Source: Octopus bimaculoides
Taxonomy: Eukaryota
Length of the DNA: 63,569 nt
Assembly: GCF_001194135.2 (NCBI RefSeq)
Contig: NC_068987.1
Coordinates: 88,208,358 to 88,271,926, forward strand
Direction of reading: 5' to 3'
Position numbers and translations under genes: made by a program. Numbering within the stretch: position 1 is the first letter of the stretch; the number at the start of each line of letters is the position of its first letter. The notes under the pieces are model-generated. The model was given only the letters and a program-made list of their open reading frames with translations, was not told the origin of the DNA and did no database searches. Positions 37,661 through 50,340 of this stretch are shown piece after piece.

Positions 37661-38599
37661 CAAAAGTAAATGAGTATATGCATATATACGTACAGGTATG
37701 TGCATACCGACATCCACCTGTATGTATAGGTGCATATCTGGGTACAGGACATTGCAAACAAACGTAGACGAGAACACACGAGCCACATAGAGAACATTCT
37801 ACTTCATCATATATATATATTTATATATTATATGTATATTTCAAAATGTGCCTATCTCTCCCATTTCCTGGTGAAAATAAAGTTTATTTTTTGTTTGATT
37901 GATAGGAGATCTGTTGCCCGTGTTGTAAATGGTTAATTTTGTGTCACAAAACACCAAGGGCCTTGGTCCCTCCTCTTCTTTCATACTATAACCATAACCT
38001 CCATGGATACCAATGAAACCCTTGTACTTTTATTCAACATGTCCATTTAAATTGCCAGCCATAATAATGAGGTGACTATTAACTTACCTATTTCTTAGCT
38101 AGTTGTATGTGTCCCCACCTACTGCAATGCTGTTACCTTCTCAGAAGGGTTTGCTTGAGAGGCGGTGAGCTGGCAGAAACGTTAACACGCCGGGCGAAAT
38201 GCTTAGCGGTATTTCATCTGCCATTAGGTTCTGAGTTCTCATGATCAGAAGGTTCTCATACATGGTTTTATATTTTAGCTTTTGATTTGTTTGCTTCTAT
38301 TCACTCACTGATCAATAATTTACCATAAATAGTTACCATTCTTCTTCTTCTTATTATTATTATTAAGGCAGCAAGCTGGCAGAATCATTAACATGCAGGA
38401 TGAAATGCTTAGCCGTATTTCGTCTGTCTCCATGTTCTGAGTTCAAATTTCGCTGAGGTCAACTTTACTTTTCATCCTTTCAGTTACAATAAATTTAGTA
38501 CCAGTGAAACTCCCCCCCCTTAAAAAAAAAAAATTTCGGGCCTTGTGCCTATAGTAGAAAGGATTATTATTATTTTTATTATTAATAAAGAAATCATTA

Positions 38600-39200
38600 T
38601 TATTATTATTATTATTATTTTGTAGTCTTCTTTTTATTATGCACTTTTTCACTGCACTTTTGAAACATAGCTCTGTGTGGGCCTTGGGTGTGTGTTGTGG
38701 TTTGTTTTGATGTTGTTTTTTTTACTGGGTTGAAAAATGTTCTATGTAAGACATGTGAGGAACCTAGCAGTGCTATTTTCTGTACGTTATGTATATATTT
38801 GTATGTCCTGGAGTTTTGGTTATGTATTTGTCTGAATATTTTTTTACCGTACCTAAAGCACCTATTATGGTAGGATTTATTTCTGTTTTCAGGTTCCACA
38901 TTCAGGTTATTTCTGTTTCCAGATCTTTGTGTTTTGTTGATTAGAGGAGACCTTTTTTTTCTTAATGGTCCTTGAGAACAATGTCTGGTTGATTAGCTTT
39001 GATCTTCCTAACTGTGTGCATTGGCACCTGGTTGCATTGTCATTTTCTGAGACCTTTCTGGAGCATTCTTATACCACTTCTTGCACACAACAGCACTGTT
39101 CAGTCTTTCAGAGTTTTGTTATTCTAACAGGTTCAACCTTATGATCAGCTCAGATATCTGTAAATATAAGTGCTTCAAATGTTAAAAACTTCTGATTTTC
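38600..39200 (-). mobile_element. R4/Dong-like LINE 3' fragment ending in (AAT)n
   Basis: Minus ORF ...IHNVQKIALLGSSHVLHRTF; abuts an (ATT)n array at 38595-38620. Confidence 0.75.
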
Positions 39201-41607
39201 CTGAGAGTAAATCTATCACACCCTGTCTGTTTTTTTTTTCTTTCTATTTTTGTACTATATATATCTATAGGTGGAGGCACAATGGCCCAGTGGTTAGTGC
39301 TACTCTTTCACTCAAATAAATCATACATACATATACCCCTATCGCCACACACACACACACACATACATATATATAGTTTCCATTTACGATATCCACTCAC
39401 AATGCTTTGTTCAGACCATGGGGCTGTCGTGGAAGACACTTGCCAAAGGTGGTGTGCAGTGGAACTGAACCCATGACCACATGATTGGGAAGCAAGCTTT
39501 TTAACCACACACCCACATCTGCACGTATAATTAGATAAAGATTTGCCAAGTACAAATTTCCGGATTTGTAATTTGAATAAAAGAAATTATTAAGTCCTTT
39601 TGACTAAGCTTAAGTTTTGCTCTCCATTAATAAAATAGCACAAAAAAAAACAAAAAAACAAAAATGGCCTGATTAGCTGACTTTGTTTTCATTATATTTT
39701 TCACGGATAAAATTGTTTGTCTTTTAATTTCATCAACAAAACTTAATAATGAGCAGGTGTTTTTCACTGAAAGATGTTCATTTTATGTAAATTAACATTT
39801 GTTGAAGAAATAATTCATGGAAAATGCTAAAATTTTCCATTTAATTGTGTATATTTTCTATAAATGGAGGCCATTGAGTTTATTGGTAAAACATAAGATG
39901 GTTAAACCATAGTTTATATAAAGGTGCCAGCATTTCTTTCTTTTTTTAAATTTGTTTTAGTCTTTTGGCTGTGGCCATACTGGGGCACAACCTTGAAGAG
40001 CTTAAATGAAGAAATTGACCCCAGGACTTATTTTTTAAAAGTTTGGTGCCTCTTCTTTCAGCTTCTTTATTTTTTTATCTTTTTCTTTTGAGTGAGGCCA
40101 TGCTGGAGCGCTGCCTTGAAGAATTTTTAGTCGAATGAATTGACTCCAGTACTTTTTTTTAAAGCTTAGTGTTTATACTTATTGCATTCTTTTGCTAAAC
40201 CACTAAGTTACAGGGATGTAAACACACCAACACCAGTTGTCAAGCAGTGGTGGGGACAAACACCCATGCAAAGACACATATACACAGATATATATATATA
40301 TATTTGGCATTAGGAAAGGCATCCAGCCATAGAAACCATGCCAAATCAGATAGGAACCTGGTGTAACCTTCTAGCTTACGAGTTCCAGTCAAACTGTCTA
40401 ACCCATGCCAGCATGGAAAGCAGACATTAAATGATGATGATGATGACGACGATATATATGTGTGATGGGTATCTCAGTTTCCATCTACAGAATCTACTCA
40501 CAAAGCTTTGATTGGCCTGAAGCTTAATTGAAAATACTTGCCCAAGGTGCTACAAAGTGTAATTGAACCTGGAACCATGTGGTTGGGAAGCAAGCTTACT
40601 ACACTGCCACACCTGTACCTCTGGTTCCTTAAAATATATAAACTTTATACCTGTTTAAGAAATCACAATCCAGTGTTGATAGAAAGTGTACACAACTATC
40701 AGTATTTAATTTTGTCTATCTGTCTTCATTCAAATCCCGGCAAAGCCAAATCCACTTTTTATTCCACCAGGATTAATAAAATAAATACCACCATACCTTA
40801 GATTCAATTCAACTATCAGCACTTCCTTATAAAAAAAAATATCCATGGACTCATGTTAAACGTTATAAATCAATATTTATTAAGATTGTTTCATGAGCAA
40901 CACTATTATCAAAGTAATAAATGTATTAATGTTATAATTTCCCTTAAATCTCTGGGGCTTAAATGCTCCTGCAAGAAATCAATAATTATTAGGCTTGTTC
41001 CCTATGCCTCACCATTACCAGAGTGACAAGACTCTTTTGTTGATGGCTAGACAATACCAAGCATCGACATTCATGTTGCATGCTTGTGTGTAATCATGCA
41101 TGTATGTGCATGCGTCAGTAAAGAATCTTTGGAATGTCTTGTTAATCTTCCATGTACCCCTCATTGATGAATCTGTTGGCTATGATTCAATCCTTGTTGA
41201 TTTCTCTCCTTGTTTTTTTTTGTTTTTTTCATATTATATTTTGGCATTTTTTTTCCCTCTTACTGAGAAACCCTGTGAAATATAGAAATGGCTACTACTA
41301 GGATTAAACAGAATAAGATTTAGAAGAATAAAAAAAAATTAATTAAAATCCCTGGAAATTCTTTTATTTGGTTTCAGTGATTTGACTGTGGCCATGCTGG
41401 AGCACTGCCTTTAGTCAAATAAATCTACTCCAGGACTTATTCTTTGTAAGCCCAGTACTTATTCTATCGGTCTCTCTTGCCGAACCACTAAGTTACAGGA
41501 ACATAAACACACCAACATCAGTGTGGGGACAAATACAGACACACAAACATATGCATATATATATATATATATAAATATATATACATAATACATATATACA
41601 CACATGC

Positions 41608-41648
<41 letters not shown>

Positions 41649-41812
41649 TATGAAGGGTATTGGATTCAANNNNNNNNNNTATATATATATATATATATAT
41701 ATAAGGTTATGAAGGGTATTGGATTCAACCAAACCCCAAAGATACAGGTAATACCGAGTAAGTGCTGTATACCGGCTAGTTTAGCCCCTTTCGTTGTATA
41801 AACATGAGTGGG

Positions 41813-41846
<34 letters not shown>

Positions 41847-42330
41847 GACAGGATTCTTTCAGTGTCTGTCTACCAAATCCACTCACAAGGCTCTGGCTGG
41901 CCTGAGGCTATAGTAGAAGACACTTGCCCAAGGTGTCACAGAGTGGGACTGAACTTGGAACTATGTGGTAGGTAAGCAACCTACTTACCACACAGCCATG
42001 CCTGCATCTATTAATATTTGATATTCTTCACTGGAGTGTGAAGAGAATGGCAAATGGTTTGCAGCTTATCTTGAGAAGAATTAGCATTCCAATTATTTTA
42101 CTTGTTTCAGTCATTAGACTGTGGTCATGCTGGGGCACTGCCTTGAAGGGTTTTAGTCAAACAAATTGATTCTAATTACTATTTTTTAAGTGTGGTGCTT
42201 ATTCTTACATACGTAAGAGGTCTGAAAACAATGAGATGGTTGTAAATGAGAATCATTGTTATACAAGCAGAGTTGTTTGTTTCCAGTCTTCCCTGTCTGG
42301 CCATGGGGAAATAGTACCTTGCTTGGAAAC

Positions 42331-43048
42331 TAGGGCTGTGGAGTTGAAATAAAAAACTCCGACTTAATTTAACTAGTCTTTCCAGTACCCAAAAAGTATA
42401 TATATCTATGGAGGCGTGGCTTAGTGGTTAGGGTGTCAGCATCATGATCGTAAGATTGTGGTTTCGATTCCTGGACCGGGTGAGGCATTGTGTTCTTGAG
42501 CAAAACACTTCATTCCACATTGCTCCAGTCCACTTAGCTGGCAAAAATGAATAACGCTGTGATGGACTGGCATCCCATCCAGCTGGGGAACACATACGCC
42601 ATTGAAACCGGGAAACCAGGCCTGTGAACCTGGCTAGGCTTTAAAAGGGTGCATTTATTTATTTATTTATTTATTTATCATCATCATCGTTTAACGTCCA
42701 TTTTCCATGCTAGCATGGGTTGGACGATTTGACTGAGGACTGGTGAACCGGATAGCTGCACCAGGCTCCAGTCTGATCTGGCAGAGTTTCTACAGCTGGA
42801 TGCCCTTCCTAACACCAACCACTCTGAGAGTGCATAGATCGACTTCGACCCCTCTTTATGTAACTAAAGTGATTGTGGTCTACATATCTCATAAAGCATA
42901 AGCATACACTTGTACTTTGAGTAGGCCCCTAGGTTATAACTGGTTTATAGTAAAGAATAAAGACATTGTGAGTCGGAGTCAGTTTAGTTTTACCGACTCC
43001 GACTCCAGCTACTCGTTAATTGTTTCCAACTCTGACTCCACTGCCCTG
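42331..43048. mobile_element. hAT-like non-autonomous element with an 8-bp TSD, containing two nested SINEs
   Basis: TIRs TAGGGCTGTGGAGT and ACTCCACTGCCCTG; TSD TTGGAAAC at 42323-30 and 43049-56; subterminal GACTCC repeats. Confidence 0.85.
42409..42678 (+). mobile_element. tRNA-derived SINE with (TTTA)n tail
   Basis: A box TGGCTTAGTGG, B box GGTTTCGATTCC, body GATGGACTGGCATCCCATCCAG. Confidence 0.85.
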
Positions 43049-43675
43049 TTGGAAACGGTGAGGGTTGGCAACAGGAAAGGCATTTTGATGTATTAATAGA
43101 AAATCTTTGCCTCAACAAATTCCACCTGACCCATGCAAGCATGGAAAAGTGGATGTTAAATGATGATGATGGTGTCTGTTATTTTCTCTCTGCACATAAT
43201 TATTCCCATTCAGATAATTGCTTTTTTTAATATATTAACACTAACACAACTAAGTAGACACAGCTGGGAAGCAAGCTCATGAATAAATGAGTTTAACTTA
43301 GTACATCACACTGATAACACACTCAAGAATTTTACTGCACTCCCACTATTTACAGCATTGAAGTATACCACTATACCACTATACATTGAGTGTTACTCAT
43401 CTTGATCTCATCTACAACACTATGATCACAACAGGATACAAAACCCCTGACCTCTCAGCTAGTTGTCCAATAGCTGCTGGCTTGGTGATCTATGCTTTCA
43501 TACACCAATAATAATCTGGAAATAGATTTGTCATGATTTACCCATTGCTACCACCCTCCTCTGTAAATTTGTCAAGCATCCTGTTTATGTCTTGAAAATC
43601 AGTATTGTGTGTGTGTGTGTATACGTACATACATATATATATGTGTGTGTATATATATATATATAATATTTATAT

Positions 43676-43749
<74 letters not shown>

Positions 43750-44080
43750 ATATGTATATTGATATATATGTGTGTATACCTGTTGGAGACTGGAAAGACG
43801 AGTTCAGTTTGACTGGTGAGTGATTATCTCTGCAAATCTGTTGGATGGACTTGGTGAAAGAAATAGATTCCTGATTGGCTTGATTGTGGTACAGGTTTTT
43901 TTTTTTTGTACTTTTATTGTTAATTGCAAGTATTACCAGTTAACACACTGCTATAACAACAGCAGCAGCAACAGCAGCAAAAGCAACAATAACAATAATA
44001 ATGATAACAATAAGCAAAGATAAATTATTTTCTGATAGTCTAAGTAGTAGAGTACTGCATTAAGTGTCTAATTGCATGTC

Positions 44081-44083
<3 letters not shown>

Positions 44084-44160
<77 letters not shown>

Positions 44161-44180
44161 TGTCATCATCACCATCATTG

Positions 44181-44217
<37 letters not shown>

Positions 44218-44246
44218 TGTCATCATCATCATCGTCATCATCATTA
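44084..44246. repeat. Long (CAT)n microsatellite
   Basis: Direct reading; source of the poly-D/S/I ORFs. Confidence 0.97.
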
Positions 44247-44745
44247 CCCCCTCCCCTCAAATTTCAGGCCTTGTGCCGAGAGTAGAGAAGATTATTATTG
44301 TTATTATTACTATTATTATCATTATTATTATTGAGGCGGTGAGCTGGTAGAATCATTAGCGCAAGGAGCAAAAATGCTTAGCGACATTTTGTCTGTCTTC
44401 ATGTTCTGAATTCCAATTCCACTGAGATCAGTGTTTCCTCTCATCCTCTCGGGGTTGATAAAATAAGTATCAGTTGGGTACTGGGGTCAACGCAGTCGAC
44501 TTATCCCCTACCCCGAAATTGCTGGCCTTGTGTCAAAATTTGAAACCATTGCTGGCAGAATTGTTAACCTGCTGGGCAAAATGCTTCATGTTCTGAGTTC
44601 AAATTCTGCCGGGGTCGACTTTGCTTTTCATTTTTTTGGGGTTGATAAATTAAGTACCAGTGAAACACTGGGGTTGATGAAATGGACTAGTCCCCTCCCC
44701 ACAAATTTCAGGCCTTGTGCCTTCAGTAGAAGCGTTTATTATTAC

Positions 44746-44800
<55 letters not shown>

Positions 44801-45371
44801 GCCGGTTCCGCCTGACTGGCCTTTGTGCCGGTGGTACGTAAAAAGCACCCACTAGACTCTCGGAGTGGTTGGCGTTAGGAAGGGCATCCAGCTGTAGAAA
44901 CTCTGCCAGATCAAATTGGAGCCTGGTGTAGCCATCCATTTCACCAGTCCTCAGTCAAATCATCCAACCCATGCTAGCATGGAAAGCAGACGTTAAACGA
45001 TGATGATGATGATGATGATTATTATAATTTGTTATTATTATTATTATGGTGGTGGTGGTAGTGGTCGCAACTGGAATGCTTTTCATCATAGGGCTGTTGA
45101 TCAGGGCTGACCTGTGGCTAAAGAACAACAGAATTAGACTGGACAGAGTTGCTGTCTCATTTCTGAACTGAGATGCTGTACCCTAAATGATTAGCCAGAA
45201 TATGTTGGGGTATGCAGCACAGCTCTCAGTTAAACAAAATGACCGTTTAGTTGGAGCGAGAAGTCTGTGGATCACAGCTAATCACTTGACTAAATTATCT
45301 TCAAGCTATATTTCTGGTCAACCAAGTTCCACCTGGGGTTATACAACAGCAGCAACAATAACCAATAACTA

Positions 45372-45549
45372 AATGTACATTATTTACATTTGATGGATAT
45401 TTGTGCTCATCTTGTTTGTTGTTAACACAACGTTTCAGCTGATATACCTTCCAGCCTTCATCAGGTGTCTTGGAGAAATTTCGAACTTGGGTTCTCATTC
45501 CTGAGGTATTTTTCAATGTTATTATTATTATTATCATTATTCAGGTTAC
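45372..45549 (-). mobile_element. Hammerhead-bearing retroelement, inverted 5'-truncated copy lacking most of the 3' tail
   Basis: Reverse complement matches 45600-45825. Confidence 0.88.
45424..45469 (-). ncRNA. Minimal type I hammerhead ribozyme, best-preserved copy
   Basis: GACAC-CTGATGA-A-GGCTGG[AAGGTATA]TCAGCT-GAAA-CG-TT-GTGTT: intact core, 5-bp stem I, 6-bp stem II, palindromic AACGTT in place of stem III. Confidence 0.75.
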
Positions 45550-45858
45550 GGGCATATGGCGTAGTGGTTAAGAGCGTGGGCTACTAACCCCAAAATTCTG
45601 AGTTTGATTCCAGGCAGTCACCTGAATAATAATAATCATAATAATAATTATAATAATAATAATAATAATAATAACATCGAAAAATACCATAGGAATGAGA
45701 ACCCAGGTTCGAAATTTCTCCAAGACACCTGATGAAAGCTGGAAGGTATATCAGCCGAAACGTTGCGTTAACAACAAACAAGATGAGCACAAATATCCGT
45801 CAAATGTAAATAATGTAAATAATGTAAATAATTCCTCATCTCTTAAATATAGAACTGT
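45550..45858 (+). mobile_element. Full-length hammerhead-bearing tRNA-head retroelement (~310 bp)
   Basis: GGGCATATGGCGTAGTGG head, (AAT)n, hammerhead at 45724-45769, 3' end AATATAGAACTGTA. Confidence 0.9.
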
Positions 45859-47607
45859 AATAACTAAATGATTTGTCTTTTTAAATGTGTATTCATTAAA
45901 TTATTTAGTCATAACATAAATCCTTTGGTAAAGCTCTTAATCCTACTTTTTTGAGACAATACAACCCTATAATCACATCCATCTATGCTACCTGAGATAT
46001 ACATAACTGATAGTTTAATAAACTATATCTTTTGTTTGTTAAAAGCTAAGAACAATACTTAATACTTCAAAGACAGACAGAAAAGGAGATATCAAAGGGA
46101 GAGAATGGAAGAGAAAAGCTTTATATATTTTTCTTTATTTTGTTTATTTGTTTTCTCCTTTGTTATTATAATTGTTAACAAAATTCAGTCAAATCCATTG
46201 AATGTTTTGCACTTTAGACATTTAACAAGCTTCGTCTGGCTGGTGAGGGGAATCTTATTGTATGCACACTTCCCCATACATTGGTTCATTGCATGACATA
46301 CACAGGGGCAATTAGAGCATGTTATATTCTTCTTGCAATGAAGACTCATGGCTCAGTGGTTAGGGATTCAACTCATGATCTTGAGATCATGAGTTCAATT
46401 TCTGGTGGGACAGTGTGTCCTTGTGCAAGACACTTTATTTCACTTTATTTCAGTCCATTCAGGTGGCAAAAGTGAGTTGTACCTGTATTTCAAAGGGCCA
46501 GCCCTGTCACATTCTGTGTCATGCTGAATCTCCGTGAGAACTGCGTTAAGGGCACACATGCACACACACACACATATATATATATCTTACTTGTTTCAGT
46601 CATTAGACTGTGGCCATGCTGCAGCACCAACTTGAATTTTCAGTTGAACAAATTGACCCAGTACTTAGTTTTTTAAAGTCTCATACTTATTCTATTGGTC
46701 TCTTTTGCCAAACCTCAAAGTTATGAAGACATAAACACACCAACAACAGTTGTAAAGCAGTTAGTGGAGCCAAATATAGTCACAAAAATATACACACACA
46801 TGTCTATATATCATCATCATCATCATTGTCTTTTAACATCCACTTTCCATGCTGGCATGGGTTAGATAGTTTGACTGAAGACTAGCAAGCCAGAAGGCTG
46901 TACCAGGCTCCAATCCAATCTGGCAAGTTTCTACAGCTGGATGCCCTTCCTAATGCCAACCAGTCTGAGAGTGTTGTGGATGTTTTTTATGTGCCACCAG
47001 TACAAGAGCCAGTCAGGCGGTACTGGCATCGATCACACTCGAATGGTGCTTTTTATGTGCCACCAGCATGGGACCAGTCAGGCAGCACTGGTAATGATCA
47101 CGCTCGAATGGTGCTTTTTATATATATATGAATTGTCCGTAAACATAAATCTGCAAAAAGAAACACACTCTAAGTTATAGAGCAGTGTGTATAAAAGTTA
47201 GGTAAGGCTTTGAAATACAGGTACAACATAAACAGGAAGAAAGCGTGAGAGAAAGTTGAGGTGAAAGAGTACAGCAGGGTTCACTACCATCCCCTGTCAG
47301 GGACTCATGGAGCTTTAGGTGTTTTTGCTCAATAAACACTCACAATGCACGGTCTGGGAATCGAAACCGTGATCCCATGACTGCAAGTCTGCTGCCCTAA
47401 CCACTTGGCCATTTTGCTTCCACATAAAAATGCTGACAATAGAATAGGAACAGCCAACCAATTGATGGCTAGTTGTTGCTTGTTCAATACTTTTGTTATT
47501 CAATGCTTTTAAAGCATAAAATGTTTCTTTTGTTTGTTTATTAGATGCAGTAGTATAATAAATAGAGTCAATCGATTGACCTTTTTGATCAGAAGCATCC
47601 ATGTATC

Positions 47608-47658
<51 letters not shown>

Positions 47659-47659
<1 letters not shown>

Positions 47660-48168
47660 CCCGGATGCAGTACCAGGCAGTGGCTCTCATGGCTTCTGAT
47701 CTTAACTGATTGGAAGTGTTATCATGTACATTGTTTTGTCTTGGTATAAAAAGATGGGCTACAGCAAATATTCTGCTCAGTACCACAGATTTGCTTGTCA
47801 GTTGTTTGACCTTAACCAGTTGAGCAGAAGTGGTCGGGGAGCATCATAGCCATGTGTTGAGAGGAATTCTTTAGGGTTTGAATAATTCACCTCTGGAAAC
47901 ATAGGTGTTTTGCTCAACATCCTTAAACAAACCTTATTCAGGGACCTTTTGAGCGGGATGGGCTACTCGACCTAAAGAAAATTCTAACTGGGCCCCACCT
48001 GCGAGGTCATGCGCTGTTTATCTCGATTTGAGATCATGTCACGTACATACGTTTGTGATGCATGTGCCTGGTGTACCCTTATTAAACGGGTAGTCATGAT
48101 GGGTATAATGGGCTTCGTATATTTTACCCCAGTGTCACTTTGATGGCATGCACTACTCTCTCACTCAA
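47659..48168. repeat. ~510-bp unclassified interspersed element embedded in (AAT)n
   Basis: GC-richer block with (AAT)n arrays on both sides; no ORF and no tRNA boxes. Confidence 0.6.
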
Positions 48169-48619
48169 TAATAATAATAATAATAATAATGATAATTGAT
48201 TTTAAGGAGTGGGAGAAAGGGATGGGAGTGAGGTTGTGGTATTCTTACTTTATTTAAGGGAATTAAAAGTGTAAGTGAAATAGCTTTAACTGAAAATAAA
48301 ATCTGGTGGCTGTCTCATTTCACCTGCAGGTTACCACCTGAACTTATAGTATTTGTCATTAGAGTTATTAGTTCTCGGTCAGGTACCCTTCTTGTCTCCA
48401 GCAGATACATTTTAACCAAGTCTTATATAAACCCCTAAGGGCTATATGAACCCTAGTTGAGAATCACAACTTTATGCTATTAAAGATTTAAATATTAAGA
48501 CACTCTGTTATCAATAAGTATGTAAGTATAACACTATGATACTTATCAAACAATGGAATTTCACTTAAAATAACATAATACATTTTTCCATTCAAGGAAA
48601 ACGAATCAAAATCGCTGAC

Positions 48620-49100
48620 GTGGCCGATGACAGTACTGCCTGAATGGCACTTGTGCCAGTGGAACATTAAAAGCACATCCGAGCATGATCGTTGCCAGGG
48701 CCACAGATTGACTCCCGTGCCGGTGTCACTTGAAAAGCACTATTCGAGCATGATCGTTGCCAGCATCGCCTTACTGGCACATGTGCCAGTGGAAAGTGGA
48801 AAACAACATTTGAGCGTGGTTGTTACCAGTGCCACCGGACTGGCTTCCGTGCAGGTAGCATGTAAAAAACACCTTTTGAGCATGGTCGTTGCCATAACCA
48901 CCTGACTGACCCTCATACCAGTGGCACGTAAAAGCACCCACTACACTCTCTGCATGGTTGGCGTTAGGAAGGGCATCCAGCTGTAGAAACTTTGCCAGAT
49001 CAGATTGGAGTGTGGTGCAGCCTTCTGGCTTACCAGTCCTCAGTCAAACCGTCTAACCCATGCCAGTATGGAAAGCGGATGTTAAACGATGATGATGATA
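48620..49100 (+). mobile_element. RTE 3' UTR/family A element with a degenerate tandem array
   Basis: Repeated GTGCCAGTGG...GAGCATG(A/G)TCGTTGCCA units followed by the family A core and (GAT)n. Confidence 0.85.
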
Positions 49101-49787
49101 ACTGTATTTAAGACTTACTTCTAATTTCTTCATTGGTTGTTCTATAAGTTCTATTCAAGAAACAGAACTGAATAAGATTAGTTAAGAACTAGAATAACAA
49201 CAACAATCCTTTCTACTGAAGGCACAAGGCCTTGAAATTTTGTGGGGAGAGGACTAGTCAATTACATAAACACCAGTGTATCACTGGTGCTTAATTTCTT
49301 GACCCCAAAATGATGAAAGGCGAAGTCGACCTCGGTGAAATTTGAGCCCAGTATGTAGCTATTGGCGAATTACCGCTAAGCATTTTGTCCAGCGTGTTAA
49401 CAATTCTGCCAGCTCGTCGCTGTCAAGAATAATAATAATAAGAAGAAGAACTGAGTGAGTTTACATTAAGAAAACTACTAACAGGTTGAGCAATGTAATC
49501 TTTGACAGACAGGAAAATAGGAAAACAAATGGTTTTGTCTCTTTGTGTAATGATAGAATTTGTATATTTAGGGAATCTTTAATAACGGTTGGTTTGTAGA
49601 TTTGAGATGAACATGGAGTTAAATTGCATGTCAGCGTATTACAAACAAGACTGATACATTACACACACATATATATACACACATATATAACACAAAAGAC
49701 TTTTCCTTCTGTTTTTCCTGAGTGTAAACCTAATACCCTTTTTGTTTTTTAATTTGTCTTTGTTTTTTATTTTTGCATTGGATACAT

Positions 49788-50340
49788 CATCATCATCATC
49801 ATCATCATCGTTTAACGTCCGCTTTCCATGCTAGCATGGGTTGGACGATTTGACTGAGGACTGGTGAAACCGGATGGCAACACCAGGCTCCAGTCTGATT
49901 TGGCAGAGTTTCTACAGCTGGATGCCCTTCCTAACGCCAACCACTCAGAGAGTGTAGTGGGTGCTTTTACGTGTCACCCGCACGAAAACGGCCACGCTCG
50001 AAATGGTGTCTTTTATGTGCCACCCGCACAAGCNNNNNNNNNNAACGATCTCGCTCGAAAATCCTACAGGAGCCAGTCAGGCGGTACTGGCAACGGCCAC
50101 GCTCAAAATGGTGCATCTCATGTGCCACCCGCACAAGAACCAGTCCAGGGGCACTGGCAACGATCTTACTTGGCTTGCCGGGTCTTCTCACGCACAGCCC
50201 ATTTCCAAAGGTCTCGGTCCGTAGTCATCGCCTCGGTGAGGCCCAATGTACGAAGGTCTTGCCTCACCACCTCAGCCCAGGTCTTCCTGGGCCTACCTCT
50301 TCCACGGGTTCCCTCAACTGTTAGGGTGTGGCACTTTTTC
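49788..50340 (-). mobile_element. 5'-truncated RTE LINE flanked by a ~100-160-bp direct repeat
   Basis: KKCHTLTVEGTRGRGRPRKTWAEVVRQDL; flanks 49689-49787 and 50405-50505 are near-identical. Confidence 0.9.

Noticed and set aside
36690-37820. ~200-bp identical direct repeat
   Set aside because: The copies sit exactly on either side of an N gap and are identical: an unmerged contig overlap.
41641-41730. Duplicated TATAAGGTTATGAAGGGTATTGGATTCAA
   Set aside because: Flanks a 10-N gap; assembly artefact.
45550-45625. tRNA gene-like sequences here and at 2837, 25180, 36290 and 42409
   Set aside because: A/B boxes are present, but acceptor and anticodon stems are broken and each continues into a repeat body; these are SINE heads.
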